Shown one piece after another: positions 22,587-35,256 of a DNA stretch of 47,726 bases. Below the pieces are notes generated by a model. The model saw nothing but the letters and a program-made list of their open reading frames with translations, was not told where the DNA came from and did no database searches. Origin of the DNA: Nemertoderma westbladi (lineage: Eukaryota > Animalia > Xenacoelomorpha); the NCBI GenBank assembly GCA_032718475.1, contig JAUCBJ010003661.1, positions 1 through 47,726 of the forward strand, written 5' to 3'. The translations under genes and the position numbers were made by a program. Position 1 is the first letter of the stretch. Every line of letters begins with the position of its first letter.

Positions 22587-23609
22587 TTATTTTGCGTGGG
22601 AAGGGCGTCTCGCCCTCATTCCCACCCCCCTCAGTCCAAAACCTTTCTTCCAGTAGGCACTCTCCCACTGCCCTCCTATACGTCCTCTTACTCTTCGCCA
22701 CACTTTCTTAGACACTACCTCTGCTGGCCTCCCCCTTAGTATGTGCGCTGGCATTAAAGGCCTCGACGACCCCCGTCCGTCCTTCGGTATACACGACGTC
22801 TGCCCATGTAATGCCCCCTCGCACTCTGTCAGTCCCGCGTGCGTATGCAACACGCCTCCTGCTTTCCTGAGTCCTTTGTTATGTCCACCCACGGACCTCT
22901 CTGCCCCTGGTCTAATCCTCTCACATCCTCTCCCTTTCCATCTTGTCTTCTTACTCGACCTCCCCCTTGTCGGTATGCCTCTCAACCGGACCGGCGTCTC
23001 TTCCGGACACTCCTCTGGACTATTGTCCTCCTGACACTCCACCGGACACTCCTCCGGTTTGTCCTCCGGACATTTCGCCGTCCGCTCCTCTCTATCTCCA
23101 TACCGATACTTGCTGGGATACCCATTCTCCTCCGCCCATTCTCTGACTGTTACTTCCTCGGGTAGTACTTTTCTCTTCTTTCTTGCCACTGTCGTGCTTG
23201 TAGCTGCTGTTTCTCTACACTCTCCGGGTCTGTGTCCTTCTACCACACATCGATGACATAGTCCGTTTGCGTCTGCGTAGGCTATACGATCTTGTTTGGG
23301 CAACGCTTGCCAGTGCTTACAACTCATGGTCTTATGGGTTCCGTCCCGATGTAATTGACATTCGAATCCTGTATTATAGCGTTTCCTGTATAGTCCCTCA
23401 CGTATCGCGCCTAGGTTCATATGTACCGATTTAGTGTTTTGGTTGCCTAGACTCGGCCTACTGGGTATATTGGGATTGTGTTTATTTGTGATGTTATTTT
23501 CTTTCTGTCCCTGCCACGGTGTGGCCCTACTACCAGCTAGCTGTGGGCTTGTAGTCCCCTGTATGGCCGCGTGTGGTAGCGACTGTCCGCACGACCTGTT
23601 CACGTCCAA
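22587..23609 (-). pseudogene. gag fragment with BEL/Pao-type zinc knuckles
   Basis: CQLHRDGTHKTMSC...WQAL...DR...NGLCHRCVVEGHRPGEC parallels knuckles 1 and 2 of the gag at 4102-7716; third knuckle and protease absent. Confidence 0.7.
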
Positions 23610-23787
23610 GGGGTTCGATGTTCTTGCTCCTATTGGGGTATATTGTTGATATTGTGATGGGGGAATGTCACCCTGCCCCCCCCCCCCCCCCCGCCGGTAT
23701 GTTTGGTACTGGGGTTGATGTTAATATATTGGGGCCCATACATCTATCTGCAATAACTCTCCCCTCCCCTGGATATATGTTATGTCC

Positions 23788-26531
23788 CTATGTATTATAG
23801 TCATGCTGCTGTACCGATATATGCCTACCCACTTCTTGCCTACCTACCAGTATGTACTCCGCGGCTTCCGGGTTTAATCCCGTCGTTCGCGCTATCCTAT
23901 CGCCTACTCTACATCTCCCAGCATGGCCTATAATAGTATGTGCAGTAAGGCCTACAGTATGTCCTGCAGTCTGCATGTGCCCTTTCGAACCGAAGTTTAA
24001 TCTTCGCGAATCTCGAATCTCCCCGCGACTACTGCACTCTCGATCGGCAGCTATATCCCATCGGGAAGCTTCTCTTCGATCCCCTCTCCTGGTCTCGACT
24101 TTGTATCGGTACGTCCTGTACCCCTCTCTTGGCGTGCGGTGCGTTTCTCCGGGGCGACGGCAATCTCCCGAAGTTCGACCCCACTGACTCCGTAACTCCA
24201 TCTCTACTATCGATGGTCCGCTATCTGTCCTCGCACTCCTATCGTTCGTGGTGACACTTCTTCTACTATCTTCTCTTCTTCTCTTTTCAGTGCAGTATTC
24301 CCGCTCGTGAGATCTCTCGTCGACCTCCCGGTTAAACTCCACTGTTCTTCTTCCCTCTTCTGATCGGGCTCGACGCTTCGTCTGCCCTCTCGCGACGTCA
24401 ACCTGCCTCTCTCTGTTCGATCGCACGCCGCTGGGGATACTCGCAATCCCCCTATTACTCTCCGTTGCCGGGTGTTGCGGTTTACCTAGCTCGGCCCGCG
24501 CATTATCCGCTGACGCCTGTGGGACACTCTCTGCCCCCCCCCCCCTCTCGCTACTAATCTCTCGCGGTGGGGTGTCCGTAGCCCCCCCCCCCCACCCGCC
24601 GCTTCTAACTTCACTACCTCTTACTACACTTCTACACCCCTCTTGTGGGACATTCTCTGCCCCCCCTCTCTCGCCACTAATCTTCTGTGGTGGGGCGCCC
24701 GTAGCCCCCCCCCCCCCCCACTCGCCACATCTTACTTCACTATCTCTTACTTCGTCTCTACACCCATCTCTAGTCGACGCACTGTCTCTACTACGGCTGG
24801 GTCTATTCACCCCCGCCTCTCTCTCTACTACTGCGTGGCCCACCAGGCCCACCTCGGGTTGGCTCAACCCCGCTACCTCCTGCCTACCAACTACGTGGCC
24901 TACCAGGCCACCGTCGGGTTGGCTTAACCCCGCCACCTCCTGCCTACTAACTACGTGGCCTACCAGGCCCCCGTCTGCCGGGTTATGTACGTCCGACACG
25001 CTCATATTAATAGCACCATTCCCAATATTATTTGTTAAATCAATTAAATTATTAGAATTTGAAACGGGATTATTATTTAAATTATTTAAATTAGAATTGT
25101 TATTATTTTCAAAATTTAAATTATTATTCGAATTATTTGAATTATTCTGAATATTTGAATTAATATTATTATTTGAATTTGAACTACCGGGTAAAATATT
25201 TCCTGTAATAAAGGGATTAGGGTTATCTACTACGGTACTATTAATACCAACATTTCCTAACTTACTACTACAACCCCCCCCCCCCCCGCCCGTACGGCTA
25301 CACCAGTTCTGGTTCTCTCGCCCGGTGTCTGTAAGTGGGGTCTCACTCTCTGATAGTTCCAACCGCGCCAGTTCTAGTCGGCGCCGCTCCAGTTTGACTT
25401 GATATTGCGTAAGCCACTCCAGTCGGGCACGCAAATCATCCCGCTCACGCTCTGCCTCTATCTCTCTCTCTGCACTCTCGTAAACTTCGCTCGGCCAACT
25501 CTGTGTCTCTCGCAACCATCTCAAACCGCCTCGCCGACTCGCTCTCTACTCCCATCTCCCGCTCTCTACACTCCTCGGCTCTCTCTCTACACTCCTCGAC
25601 TCTCTCTCTATCCTCCCTTGCCCACTCTCTTTCTCTCTCCAACCATGCGGTTTCCTCACTCACCTGCCTCTCTAATTCTTTCTGCTCTGTCGCCACCATT
25701 GCTAATTTATACGTCAGATTTATCTCCAGCACCCTTCTTTCTTTTGCGGAGGATGTAGCAGACTTATTGGTTGCAACGGACTCCCGTCGCCCCTCCGTCC
25801 CACCAACTTTCCCCCGCCTCCCTGAACTTCCTCCGACCGATGAGACCGAATCCTCGGGGTTAACCTCGGATTCGCCCTCCTGCGGTCTCCTCCAACCCAC
25901 TAATTTTACTCCCCGGGCATCGACTGAGTATGGCCCTATGTACACTACACTAGGCACCATGCCCCTACATTCCCATAGTTCGAGCAGTTCACTGGCCACC
26001 CCTCTCGCTCTCTCGCTGGCTAGTTCTTCCTGCCCAAAACGCTTTAAAATAGTCAAAGTGTTCGTTCGACTCACCTACTCTTTTCTTCAAGTTTACCTCG
26101 TTTATCTGGGCCCCCTCTTTGGCCTCCTTAAGTAGTTTCCGGGTCGCGTTGTAGGCCCGTCGAAGTCGATCGCTGACCCCGACGTCCTCGTCGCCGACAT
26201 CTCCTCCATCTCTCCGGGTCCAGCGTCGTACCGTCGGCTCCACCGTCGCCGTTCTGGTGGACCGTTCGTCGCCCTCGGCCTGTGGCTGGCCGGCGACATC
26301 GGTACGTCGACCCTCGCTCCGCGTCGACTCGTCTTTCTCTTCTCCCGTCTCGTCTCCTCCTTCTCTCGACTCGCTCTCCAGTTGTAGACGGCCCCCCTTC
26401 TCTTGGATTGCCGGATCGCGGGTGGTCGGCGTATCCGGCGTCGTGGGTCGGTACCGTCTCGTCGCGGCGTCGCGGATCGTTAGATCGTCGTCCGGGGTCC
26501 GCGGCGGTGTCGTCTCTCCTGTCCGACTCAT
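23788..26531 (-). pseudogene. Frameshifted gag N-terminal region (ORFs 25989-26531, 25445-26074, 23788-25524)
   Basis: First ATG is 52 nt after the LTR. Three overlapping frames; VNPEDSVSSV motif followed by a Ser-rich stretch and Glu/Arg coiled coil as in BEL/Pao Gag; Asn-rich tract; internal repeats. Confidence 0.65.
24518..24972. repeat. Tandem repeats in gag: 2 x ~126 bp and about 2.5 x 60 bp
   Basis: TGTGGGACA...TACACCC at 24518 and 24644; ACTACGTGGCCTACCAGGCC units at 60-bp spacing (GGLVGHVV..QEVAGLSQP). Confidence 0.85.
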
Positions 26532-26574
26532 CTTGGTCTTTCAGTGGCTATCAGTCACAGTTCGGCAGGCCTAG

Positions 26575-26583
26575 AGTTAAGAC
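26575..26583 (-). other. Non-tRNA primer-binding site candidate GTCTTAACT, complementary to the element's own LTR
   Basis: Directly follows the 5' LTR; exact reverse complement at 26776-26784; no TGG. Confidence 0.6.
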
Positions 26584-27134
26584 TGTGACGGGATCCGAGA
26601 GGATCCCGGTTTATCCGGTGTTGTTTATGTACGCGTCAGCCGCACCGTGTGATGGAAAAGGTGATAGTTCGTTGTTCCGACGTTCTTAATATTATAGGCT
26701 AGATAAATATGTGATAGCATATAGATTGTGTAAACTGAACTGAGATAACCGGTAATATAGGTGACGGCGATGACGGTCTTAACTGTCACCGTACTGCCTG
26801 ACTGTACTGGGATAACTGGACAAATGACATAAAGACTGGTAATATATATTGCACGGTTGGCCGCATAACACTACTCAGCCGATGCCTTCCCCCCATTGGC
26901 TAATAACCCTGTTGTCGCCCTTCTACTTCCCCTGGGTGTGCTTCCCCCCCGCTGCTATCTCTCTCTCTCTCCCGGAGGTATAACCTCTGACCCCCGCTGT
27001 GTGTGTTCCCTTGGGGCCTATTGTCCCCGCTTATTGGGGTGATACAAGGTTGATTGGTAATCAACCTTGTAGTTCCAATATTGCTTAAACCTCACTTTAT
27101 GGGGCTTGATGTGGCGGAATTGAATACACTCACA
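26584..27134 (-). repeat. 5' LTR (551 bp)
   Basis: Direct repeat of 20271-20821; perfect 8-bp hairpin CGGGATCC-4 nt-GGATCCCG at 26589-26608. Confidence 0.97.
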
Positions 27135-28776
27135 ATTATTTTTTAAACACAGTTAATGTTTGTGGATATTTTGCGCCATTAACTCTTTATTTAACCACGG
27201 CCAACCCTGCAGGACATATTTAGAAAAATAGCTCGCGGTAATAAAGTGCAAGCTGATTGTCTTTTAGTATAATACAAAAAATTCATAAAAATAATGTCAC
27301 TCAAAATGCCAGCTATAGATGTCAGTTAACATATGTGGTTTACCATACTAAAGCTGCGCGTATATCACAAGTAGGCCTAACTGTAGAAAATAACGTTAGT
27401 TATGCCAAACTTATCACAGTAGGAGGCAAGGTGACAAAATTGCTTCCCTATATATTTATAGTAATGGGCCTAAACTGTTTACCATTATGAAGTGCGTCCA
27501 AAGTGTGCGCGACATATTATACACATGTGATATATAATTGAATATCTTATCTTTGTAAGAAATCAACAAGAATACTTACTTATTGTGTTATAAAATGGTT
27601 AGTTAGACACCAAATGTTTGAATGTTTCTACTTTGACTCTCCAGATGAATACAATAAGTTAATGTGTTATTCGTAATTTAATTCTTGGAGAAGTGGGTGT
27701 GGTCTTGCAGATGTTTCCCTTGCTGCAGAGGGGGGAGTTGTCACGCTATAATTAACTTAACATTTCGAACTGACAAGCGGTCAAATAATCGAGTATATAC
27801 CATTATTATGAAGTAGACGATTAGGTAACTACAGTATATAGCGAAATAATTTTGTGACTTGATTAATTTTCTGACCAGGATTAATTATTAGCTTTAGGAT
27901 TTATTTGAATTTTGCGGTATTTTGACCGATTATAATGAAACAAGAGATATTATGTTGAAAAACATGGTAACCTTAACATGTCAGTTATTGTCACCATGTT
28001 TTTTTCCCATTCGGACATTTTGTCATGTATTCGGATCTTTAACTATTAGCCAATCATTAGCCTTAATTTTCTGAGCTCCGTCCGACTTCTACACCACCAA
28101 TACCCAATCCCCTCTGTCCCGACCTGACCTCCATCTCAGTGGAACTTAGATATAAAATAAAACTAAATTGTCAGAAATAAGACCCAATGAACTATAAACA
28201 AGGCGATTTGTATAAAGACTACTCAAATCTGAGAGCACCTGTAAATTCACATTGAGACATCCCGACCCTGACTAACACTAAATATTTATTGGTAAAACAT
28301 AGTGTAAAACATTGAACCCAATATACTTTATGATGCAACGGGAAAATCCGCTCGGGGAAGAAAATTAATAAATAAAGAAACCGCAAGGTGGTATCATGAA
28401 AATGAAGTCTCATTTCACTGCTTACTGAATACAGATAAAGTCAATCAACAAAGCAGTTAAACAATCTATTCGGCCTCTAGACAGCCGATAACTTCGGATG
28501 AATTCATTAATTTAACCCACAACCACCCCATTCTTCCTCCAAAAAAATATAATGTTTAGCGGAAAAAAAATATACCTTATAATGTTTAACAGTTATATGA
28601 TTTTTGATTTCTAAAAGATATTGATGATAAGTGCGGATTATAAAATTATTTGCTTTTTGATTTCTATGCATGCTATTCATGTGCAGTGCATGATATATAT
28701 ACAATTACTATGCATTACTGTAGTAGTTACCTATTATTGAGTGTATATTGTAGGGTCCATATATACCCTCGCCAAT

Positions 28777-29782
28777 GGTGACACAGAACCATTTGAAGTG
28801 TTATGGGGCGTCCTCCAGGGAGACACACTTGCACCATTCTTGTTCATAATTGTTGTGGACTATGTTCTACGCATGTCCTTAGATCATCATAATGATGATG
28901 GGATGATGATAACTCCACCTACTGACTCCAGAAGTTGAGGAAATCCTGCCAAGTACCTAACTGATCTAGACTTTGCTGATGACTTAGGAGTACTCTCAGA
29001 ATCACTGAGGGAGCCCAACGGCTCCTCAGCTCATTAGAACATGCTGCTTCTAGTGTTGGTCTTTTTATTAACTCCAGAAAGACCAAAATTCTGACAGTTA
29101 ACTTTGAAAGTCCTCAGCAAGTCTCTGATCGGATGAGCATAAGCTCAAAGGATGGTATGCTTGAGCATGTGGACGACTTCTGTTACCTGGGATCATGGAT
29201 CCGGAAGTCAGGTGAGGACCTTCGAATACGTAAGGGAAAGGCATGGGCAGCCTTGAATGGGCTTTCCAGGATTTGGAAGTCACCGAGAATTAATCGGAAA
29301 CTTAAGGTCCGATTATTTAGAGCAGCAGTAGTTCCAGTACTCCTCTACGGGAGTCCATGCTGGGCTCTAACTGCTGAGGACACCAAATCTCTGGATGGCA
29401 CATTCTCAAGAATGCTACGCCGGGTTCATTGTGTGAAGTACAATGCACACATCTCCAACCAGACAATATATAACATTGGATTTGTCTCATTGGTTCCCCC
29501 AAGCTTGACACTAGAACGAAATCGCCTCCGCTTTGCAGGACATTGCTTTCGCCGTGAGGACCAGCCAGTGCATAATCTTGTACTTTGGCAGACTCATGGA
29601 GGGAATAAGCATGGTGGACAGCTTTCTTGAGACGCATTTTAAAGGACAAAGGGCCTTGAAGATGCGGATGATCTAGTAAATGTCATGGGTGATAGGGAGT
29701 TGTGGCGGTGCAATTTTGTCGATAAGCCGGCACGGCATTCTTAAAAGTGCACCTGCAATGCAGCATGCCGATCCTAGTAGTA
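28777..29782 (+). mobile_element. 5'-truncated RTE-type LINE (RT C-terminal half and 3' end), copy 1
   Basis: GVLQGDTLAPFLF, LDFADDL, DFCYLGSW, VLLYGS..W, RLRFAGH; stops and frameshifts; (TAG)n tail at about 29775. Confidence 0.92.
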
Positions 29783-31323
29783 ACCCTCGCCCTTTTCAAA
29801 TATATGCCTTCCTTAAGGCACTTTCACCCGTTAAACGCAGTTGTTTTATATTTTGCAAAGCGGTGCTGCGCAAAAACAGAAGGATAACATGAATGTATCA
29901 TAAATAACTAATCTCAAACTTACTGTTGCTAGTTAATTCTGGTGGACAAAGCTCAGATCAAAGTTTAGATCCGCTCCTATAGAGACATTCCGTGTTAATG
30001 TGCCGGAGGGTGATAGGTGCATTACGAAGCGGAGCTGTAGATAAAGGTTTAGGGTTCCGTGTGATATGAACACTCAACGACACAGCGGGGTTCCAGATAA
30101 TCGCAATGCAAACTCACCCGTCACTGCAGGAGTAACTGCTTATCTTATTCCTGGTGTGAAAACCTTTTATGTTTCTAGAGTGCGGAGTTGCGGCCTATAT
30201 ATAACAAACGGCCTGGTAACTAACTACAATCTTATTATATAGAATCGCTTGTGATATAAGATACCTTACACATCCCCAGTACCAGTAGTAATTCACTTGA
30301 ATCCGCAGAATATCACACGCAGTTTCTCGTATCGTGTCATGAAAATGCGAATGCGACATTTTTTGAAAACGCTTTCTTCTTCAATTCCTTTAAATTTTTC
30401 TTTAAATAAAACAAATATAAGAAATACTGTATGTATAATTAGAAAAACAAATACAAGTTTTTTTACGACTTAACAAATAACTAACAACAAATAAACAAAA
30501 TGGCACCACCATTTGGAGTCGCGGGAAACAAGATCTAGGGCAGGGATGATGTCTTTGTCACAGCAAATGTGTATGAAATTGAATGATTGGGGGACGTTAG
30601 TGCCCGCGAGCGGCGGTTCAGGTTCATGATAGAGTCAAGAGTGCAAGACCCAAAGTTGAACATAAAAGTAACATACTAAGACAGAACTGCTATAGGATAG
30701 GCCTACCTCGCCCCTAACAGTACATAGCAAAAAGGTATAATCGAAACATTTTGAGTTTATGAAAGACAACATGTTGCAGAGACAACGAAATTAATCATCC
30801 ACACAAACAAATGCGTAAAATAAAACAACGAGTTAGCGACAGTGGTTTGTAAAGTGCAAATACGCATCGATTGAGCCCAGCAGGCGAGAGTGAAATCTGA
30901 ATGTATCGATGTTGATGTTGTTACATACTTACTGTGCAGATTTACATAGATTGGATATAAAATGTTGAGCTTGGATCTCAATAACGCACGGACGTATGTT
31001 GATCTCAATAAGGAATATATTTTTAGTTAATAATAACGCTAAAATACTGTACAAGAAACATTTACGAATAATTATTATCTTTTACCTCACACAAAAATAT
31101 ACCAATGTTTAGATAGCTGCCATCTGGTAAGTATATAGTGCCGTTTTTTGAAATCATTATATTTGCAATCATTATCTAATCTTGAAAACATACAATATCC
31201 GAAAATTAGGTGGTTGGAAAATGCCTGTTACAAAACTGTATATTTTCCCAATAGAGATGAAGGTACCACCTCTACTCTGCAGAAGAGCACAATTTAGCTT
31301 CAGTAAAGTTACCTAGATGCTTT

Positions 31324-31382
31324 CTGATTGGAGAGATTATTGTGGCTTAGATGTAATTTACTGTGATGATTGGCTTATAAAA
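31324..31382 (+). promoter_or_regulatory. Candidate FoxD core promoter (two reverse CCAAT boxes and TATAAAA)
   Basis: GATTGG at about 31325 and 31368, TATAAAA at 31376-31382, 160-320 bp upstream of the candidate ATGs. Confidence 0.45.
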
Positions 31383-31692
31383 TATTGCTGCCTACCTCAG
31401 AGTAAGCCTAATTACTGCAGTTTTTACTTTTATTCTAGCAAAGGCAAAACTTTAGTTTTAAGAACTGATTATTTATTTATGATATAATTTAATTAATTGG
31501 TAAAAACTCGTACAAATTCCACCCACTACACGAATCGCTATGATTCAAAGTCAATTGGCCACTTCCTCCCAGAAAAAATTATATAGGGAGGAAAGTCACC
31601 CCAATAATACTAAAAAAGGAACTGCGACTATTCTGAATTCAGAGAACAAAAGTTTTTATAAATCACAAAGAAATCTGCAATCGAATGCCACC

Positions 31693-32075
31693 ATGTGTAG
31701 ACAAAGTCCGCCGAAATCGATATGGAATCCCTGGCGGGATATTGAATGCGAAGTTGAAAGCAAAAAACAGGAATTCCAGCCAGCAAAGCAAACAGACCGA
31801 GAAAACGGTGATCAGCCTATAGACGGAAGTAAACATGACGTCATAGATATTGAAAGTTTAGATAATTTCTATGAAGAAAGTGGCCCAGAGGATGGGTTCG
31901 ATTCCCGTGGGTTTAGTGAAGTCAGCGCAGGTGACCATAGTAACAAGAAGAAAGCAGTTAAACCTCCGTACAGCTACATAGCTCTAATCACCATGTCTAT
32001 ACTGGCCTCCCCTCATAGGAAACTCACACTCAGCGGGATATGCGAGTTTATTATGGCGCGGTTCCCGTATTTCAG
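31693..32075 (+). CDS. FoxD: Forkhead box D transcription factor, exon 1 (in-frame upstream ATG at 31540 also possible)
   Basis: Kozak GCCACCATG; acidic DVIDIES motif; [40 protein letters not shown]; donor AG|GTGAG at 32076. Confidence 0.92.
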
Positions 32076-32453
32076 GTGAGTTTAGTTCAATTTTAATTAA
32101 TCAATTAATTAATGGGTCCGGTACTACTACTATGACTATCTAATAAGAGTTTACGGTGTCTGCATTCTAATATTGTGTATTGTGTGACTGTGTTAATATA
32201 TGAAAAAGTTTTCCTTAAACGCATTTTAAGTATATTAAAAATACGATACTTGTATCTTCTCAACAACAATTCAATATAAATAAAATATTTATTAAATAAA
32301 AAAAACATAAAATAAAATAGATTATAAAATTACCTAATAAATTAATGTAGGTATAATTTTGCAGCTTAATTAAGTACTTATTTTTTTATAATTAAGTTGC
32401 CAGCATAGTTGCTTAAGCTAAATTAAGCGCAATTTAATATTCGCGTTTTTTAA

Positions 32454-32555
<102 letters not shown>

Positions 32556-32895
32556 TGATATTATATGTTATTATTATTGCTTTAAAATAATATAAAATCA
32601 TAGCAGTTAGATAACTACGCAATAATATTTATGTCTGTTAAATTATATTTAGTACCGCACTGCATAGTAATAGAATTAATGAATTTCCTGGACAGACAAG
32701 ATGGAAAAGCACCAAAGTGAACTCTGAAAGGGATGAGGTGAACAATTTCAGTAACTATCAAACTCAATGAAGCTGTTCCATAAACACCCGCGAATATAAG
32801 TTATCCACATGTTTAATAGTGTATTGGATAAGTGGAGAATAAAATTTAAAATGATTAATATATACACCTATATATATATAATATTTGTTACCTAG

Positions 32896-33401
32896 GCAAC
32901 CCTGGTAAAGGTAACTACTGGACCCTGGATCCCGCTGCCGAGGATATGTTCGATAACGGTTCGTTTCTCCGACGTCGGAAACGTTTCAAACGACCCCACG
33001 CTATGGACTTCCTGCTACCAGGGAACAACTCCTTGTTCCTACGCAACCCCTACAGCTTCACACCCTACCCAATGCCGCAACGCTATCAGCCAATCAGCAC
33101 GCAGCTCCCACCCGTTACTATGCCGCCGTCCCTGCCAGTAGCCCACATACCTTTAGTTCCAACACTCCCTAGCGGCAACTTCCCGTATCCCTTCCCGCCG
33201 TTCCAATTAAATCTCCCGCTTCAATCGCTAAACAAATCGAACTCTTTCATTATTGACAACCTGATTGGTCTAAATAAAAGGCAACTTCCTGAAAGTGAAA
33301 GTAGTTTCTTGTCCGCATCTAACAACGGACGTGGTCCAAAACGCGCAGGACCATCTGATCTCATTTCTGGACTCTCACATAAGGATAGAGTATTGCGATA
33401 A
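32896..33401 (+). CDS. FoxD: FoxD exon 3 (spliced protein is 323 aa from ATG 31693)
   Basis: Acceptor CCTAG|GC; [32 protein letters not shown]; Pro-rich region; eh1 Groucho-binding motif FIIDNLIG; TAA. Exon lengths 383+83+506=972 keep frame. Confidence 0.95.
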
Positions 33402-33647
33402 ATTGATGTTTGAGTTATAGACCATTCATAGTTTCGGTGATTGATTTGTGGACATTCAGTGTTTAATTGATGTGTGCTGTAGTTGCGTTGATATATAGTT
33501 ATTATTATAGGCCTACATACTATATATTCATATTATTAAGTACAGTATAAAGCAAAGGGTATTACCGGTTCTAATTTATACATATTTTAATGTATTACAT
33601 TATTATTTAATACGGTATTAACCAAAGTAGGCCTATATATATATATT

Positions 33648-33653
33648 AATAAA
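33648..33653 (+). terminator. Candidate FoxD polyadenylation signal AATAAA
   Basis: AATAAA about 250 bp after the stop, followed by GT- and T-rich sequence. Confidence 0.5.
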
Positions 33654-33777
33654 ATGTGTGTTAAGTAAAGTAATTAAAGGATTAGTTATTTTTTTTACAC
33701 TGTCACCTGATCTAAACACATCTTCTCTTTTTGTGAGTATAACATATCAACACCCCATGAGCATGACCGGACCAAAC

Positions 33778-35256
33778 ACTACTACTACTACTAGGATCGG
33801 CATGCTGCATTGCAGCTGCATTTTTAAGAATGCTGTGCCGGCTTGTCGACAAAATTGCGCCACCACAACTCCCTATCACCCATGACATTTGCTAGATCAT
33901 CCGCATCTTCAAGGCCAGTGTCCTTTAAGATGCGTCTCAAGAAAGTCATGGGCTGTCCACCATATGCTTATTCACTCCATGAGGCTGCCAAAGTACAAGA
34001 TTATGCACTGGCTGGTCCTCACGGCGAAAGCAATGTCCTGCAAAGCGGAGGCGATTTTGTTCTAGTCTAGTGTCAAGCTTGGGGGAACCAATGAGACACC
34101 TAAAATGTTATATAGTGTCTGGTTGGAGATGTGTGCATTGTACTTGACACAATGAACCCGGCGTAGCATTCTCGTGAATGTGCCATCCAGAGATTTGGTG
34201 TCCTCAGCAGTTAGAGCCCAGCATGGACTCCCATAGAGGAGTACTGGAACTACTGCTGCTCTAAATAACCGGACCTTAGGTTTCCGATTAATTCTCGGTG
34301 ACTTCCAAATCCTGGAAAGCCTATTCAAGGCTGCCCATGCCTTTCCCTTACGTATTCGAAGGTCCTCACCTGACTTCCGGATCCATGATCCCAGGTAACA
34401 GAAGTCGTCCACATACTCAAGCATACCATCCTTTGAGCTTATGCTCATCCGATCGGAGACTTGCTGAGGACTTTCAAAGTTAACTGTCAAAATTTAGGTC
34501 TTTCTGGAGTTAATAAAAAGACTAACACTAGAAGCTGCATGTTCTAATGAGCTGAAGAGCCAGCCGTTGGGCTCCCTCTAGTGATTCTGAGAGTACTCCT
34601 AAGTCATCAGCAAAGTCTAACCCCATCATCATTATGATGATCTAAGGACATGTGTAGAACATAGTCAACCACAATTATGAACAAGAATGGTGCAAGTGTG
34701 TCTCCCTGGAGGACGCCCCATAACACTTCAAATGGTTATGTGTCACCGTCATAACAGTAGACACAAATGTTGTCGAACCATCGTATACTGATCCGATTGC
34801 TGGAATAATTTCATCAGGAATCCCATATAATGAAAGTATGCTGAACATACGTGAGCGAGAGACTGAATCAAAGGCCTTGAAGAAGTCAACAAAGATAACA
34901 GCCAGATGCCTGTCTTTCTTTTTTGATAAGTCTTCAATAATCCTTCTAAGTGCCAAAATGGGCTCCATGGTCCCACGACCTTTACGGAACCCATTCTGAT
35001 TTCCACGGAGCAGTCTCTCAATGGGATCCCTGATGCGATTTAATAGAATTCTATTGTATAGCTTTGCAGCAATCGAGATCAATGAGATTCCCCGAAAAGA
35101 ACCATAGAGTGTTAGGTTGCCCTTCTTGGGAACTGGCACCAACTTATTTGTTTTCATTTCTTGTGAGACTCTTGTTGTTCGGTACATGTCTACTATGATG
35201 GGATAGATGAGCTTTATACACTCGGGTATTTTAAAGACCTCAGGGGGAACACCATC
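33778..35256 (-). mobile_element. 5'-truncated RTE-type LINE, copy 2 (longest)
   Basis: DGVPPEVFK, PVPKKGNL...FRGISL, QNGFRKGR, FVDFFKAFDSV; near-identical to copy 1; (TAG)n tail at 33778-33793; internal deletion near 34620. Confidence 0.93.

Larger units (their letters stand above)
20271..27134 (-). mobile_element. Complete non-autonomous BEL/Pao-type LTR retrotransposon, 6864 bp
   Basis: Two 551-bp TGT...ACA LTRs; 5-bp TSD ATTAT (20266-20270, 27135-27139); PPT G9AG; gag fragments with BEL-type motifs; no protease, RT or integrase core. Confidence 0.95.
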
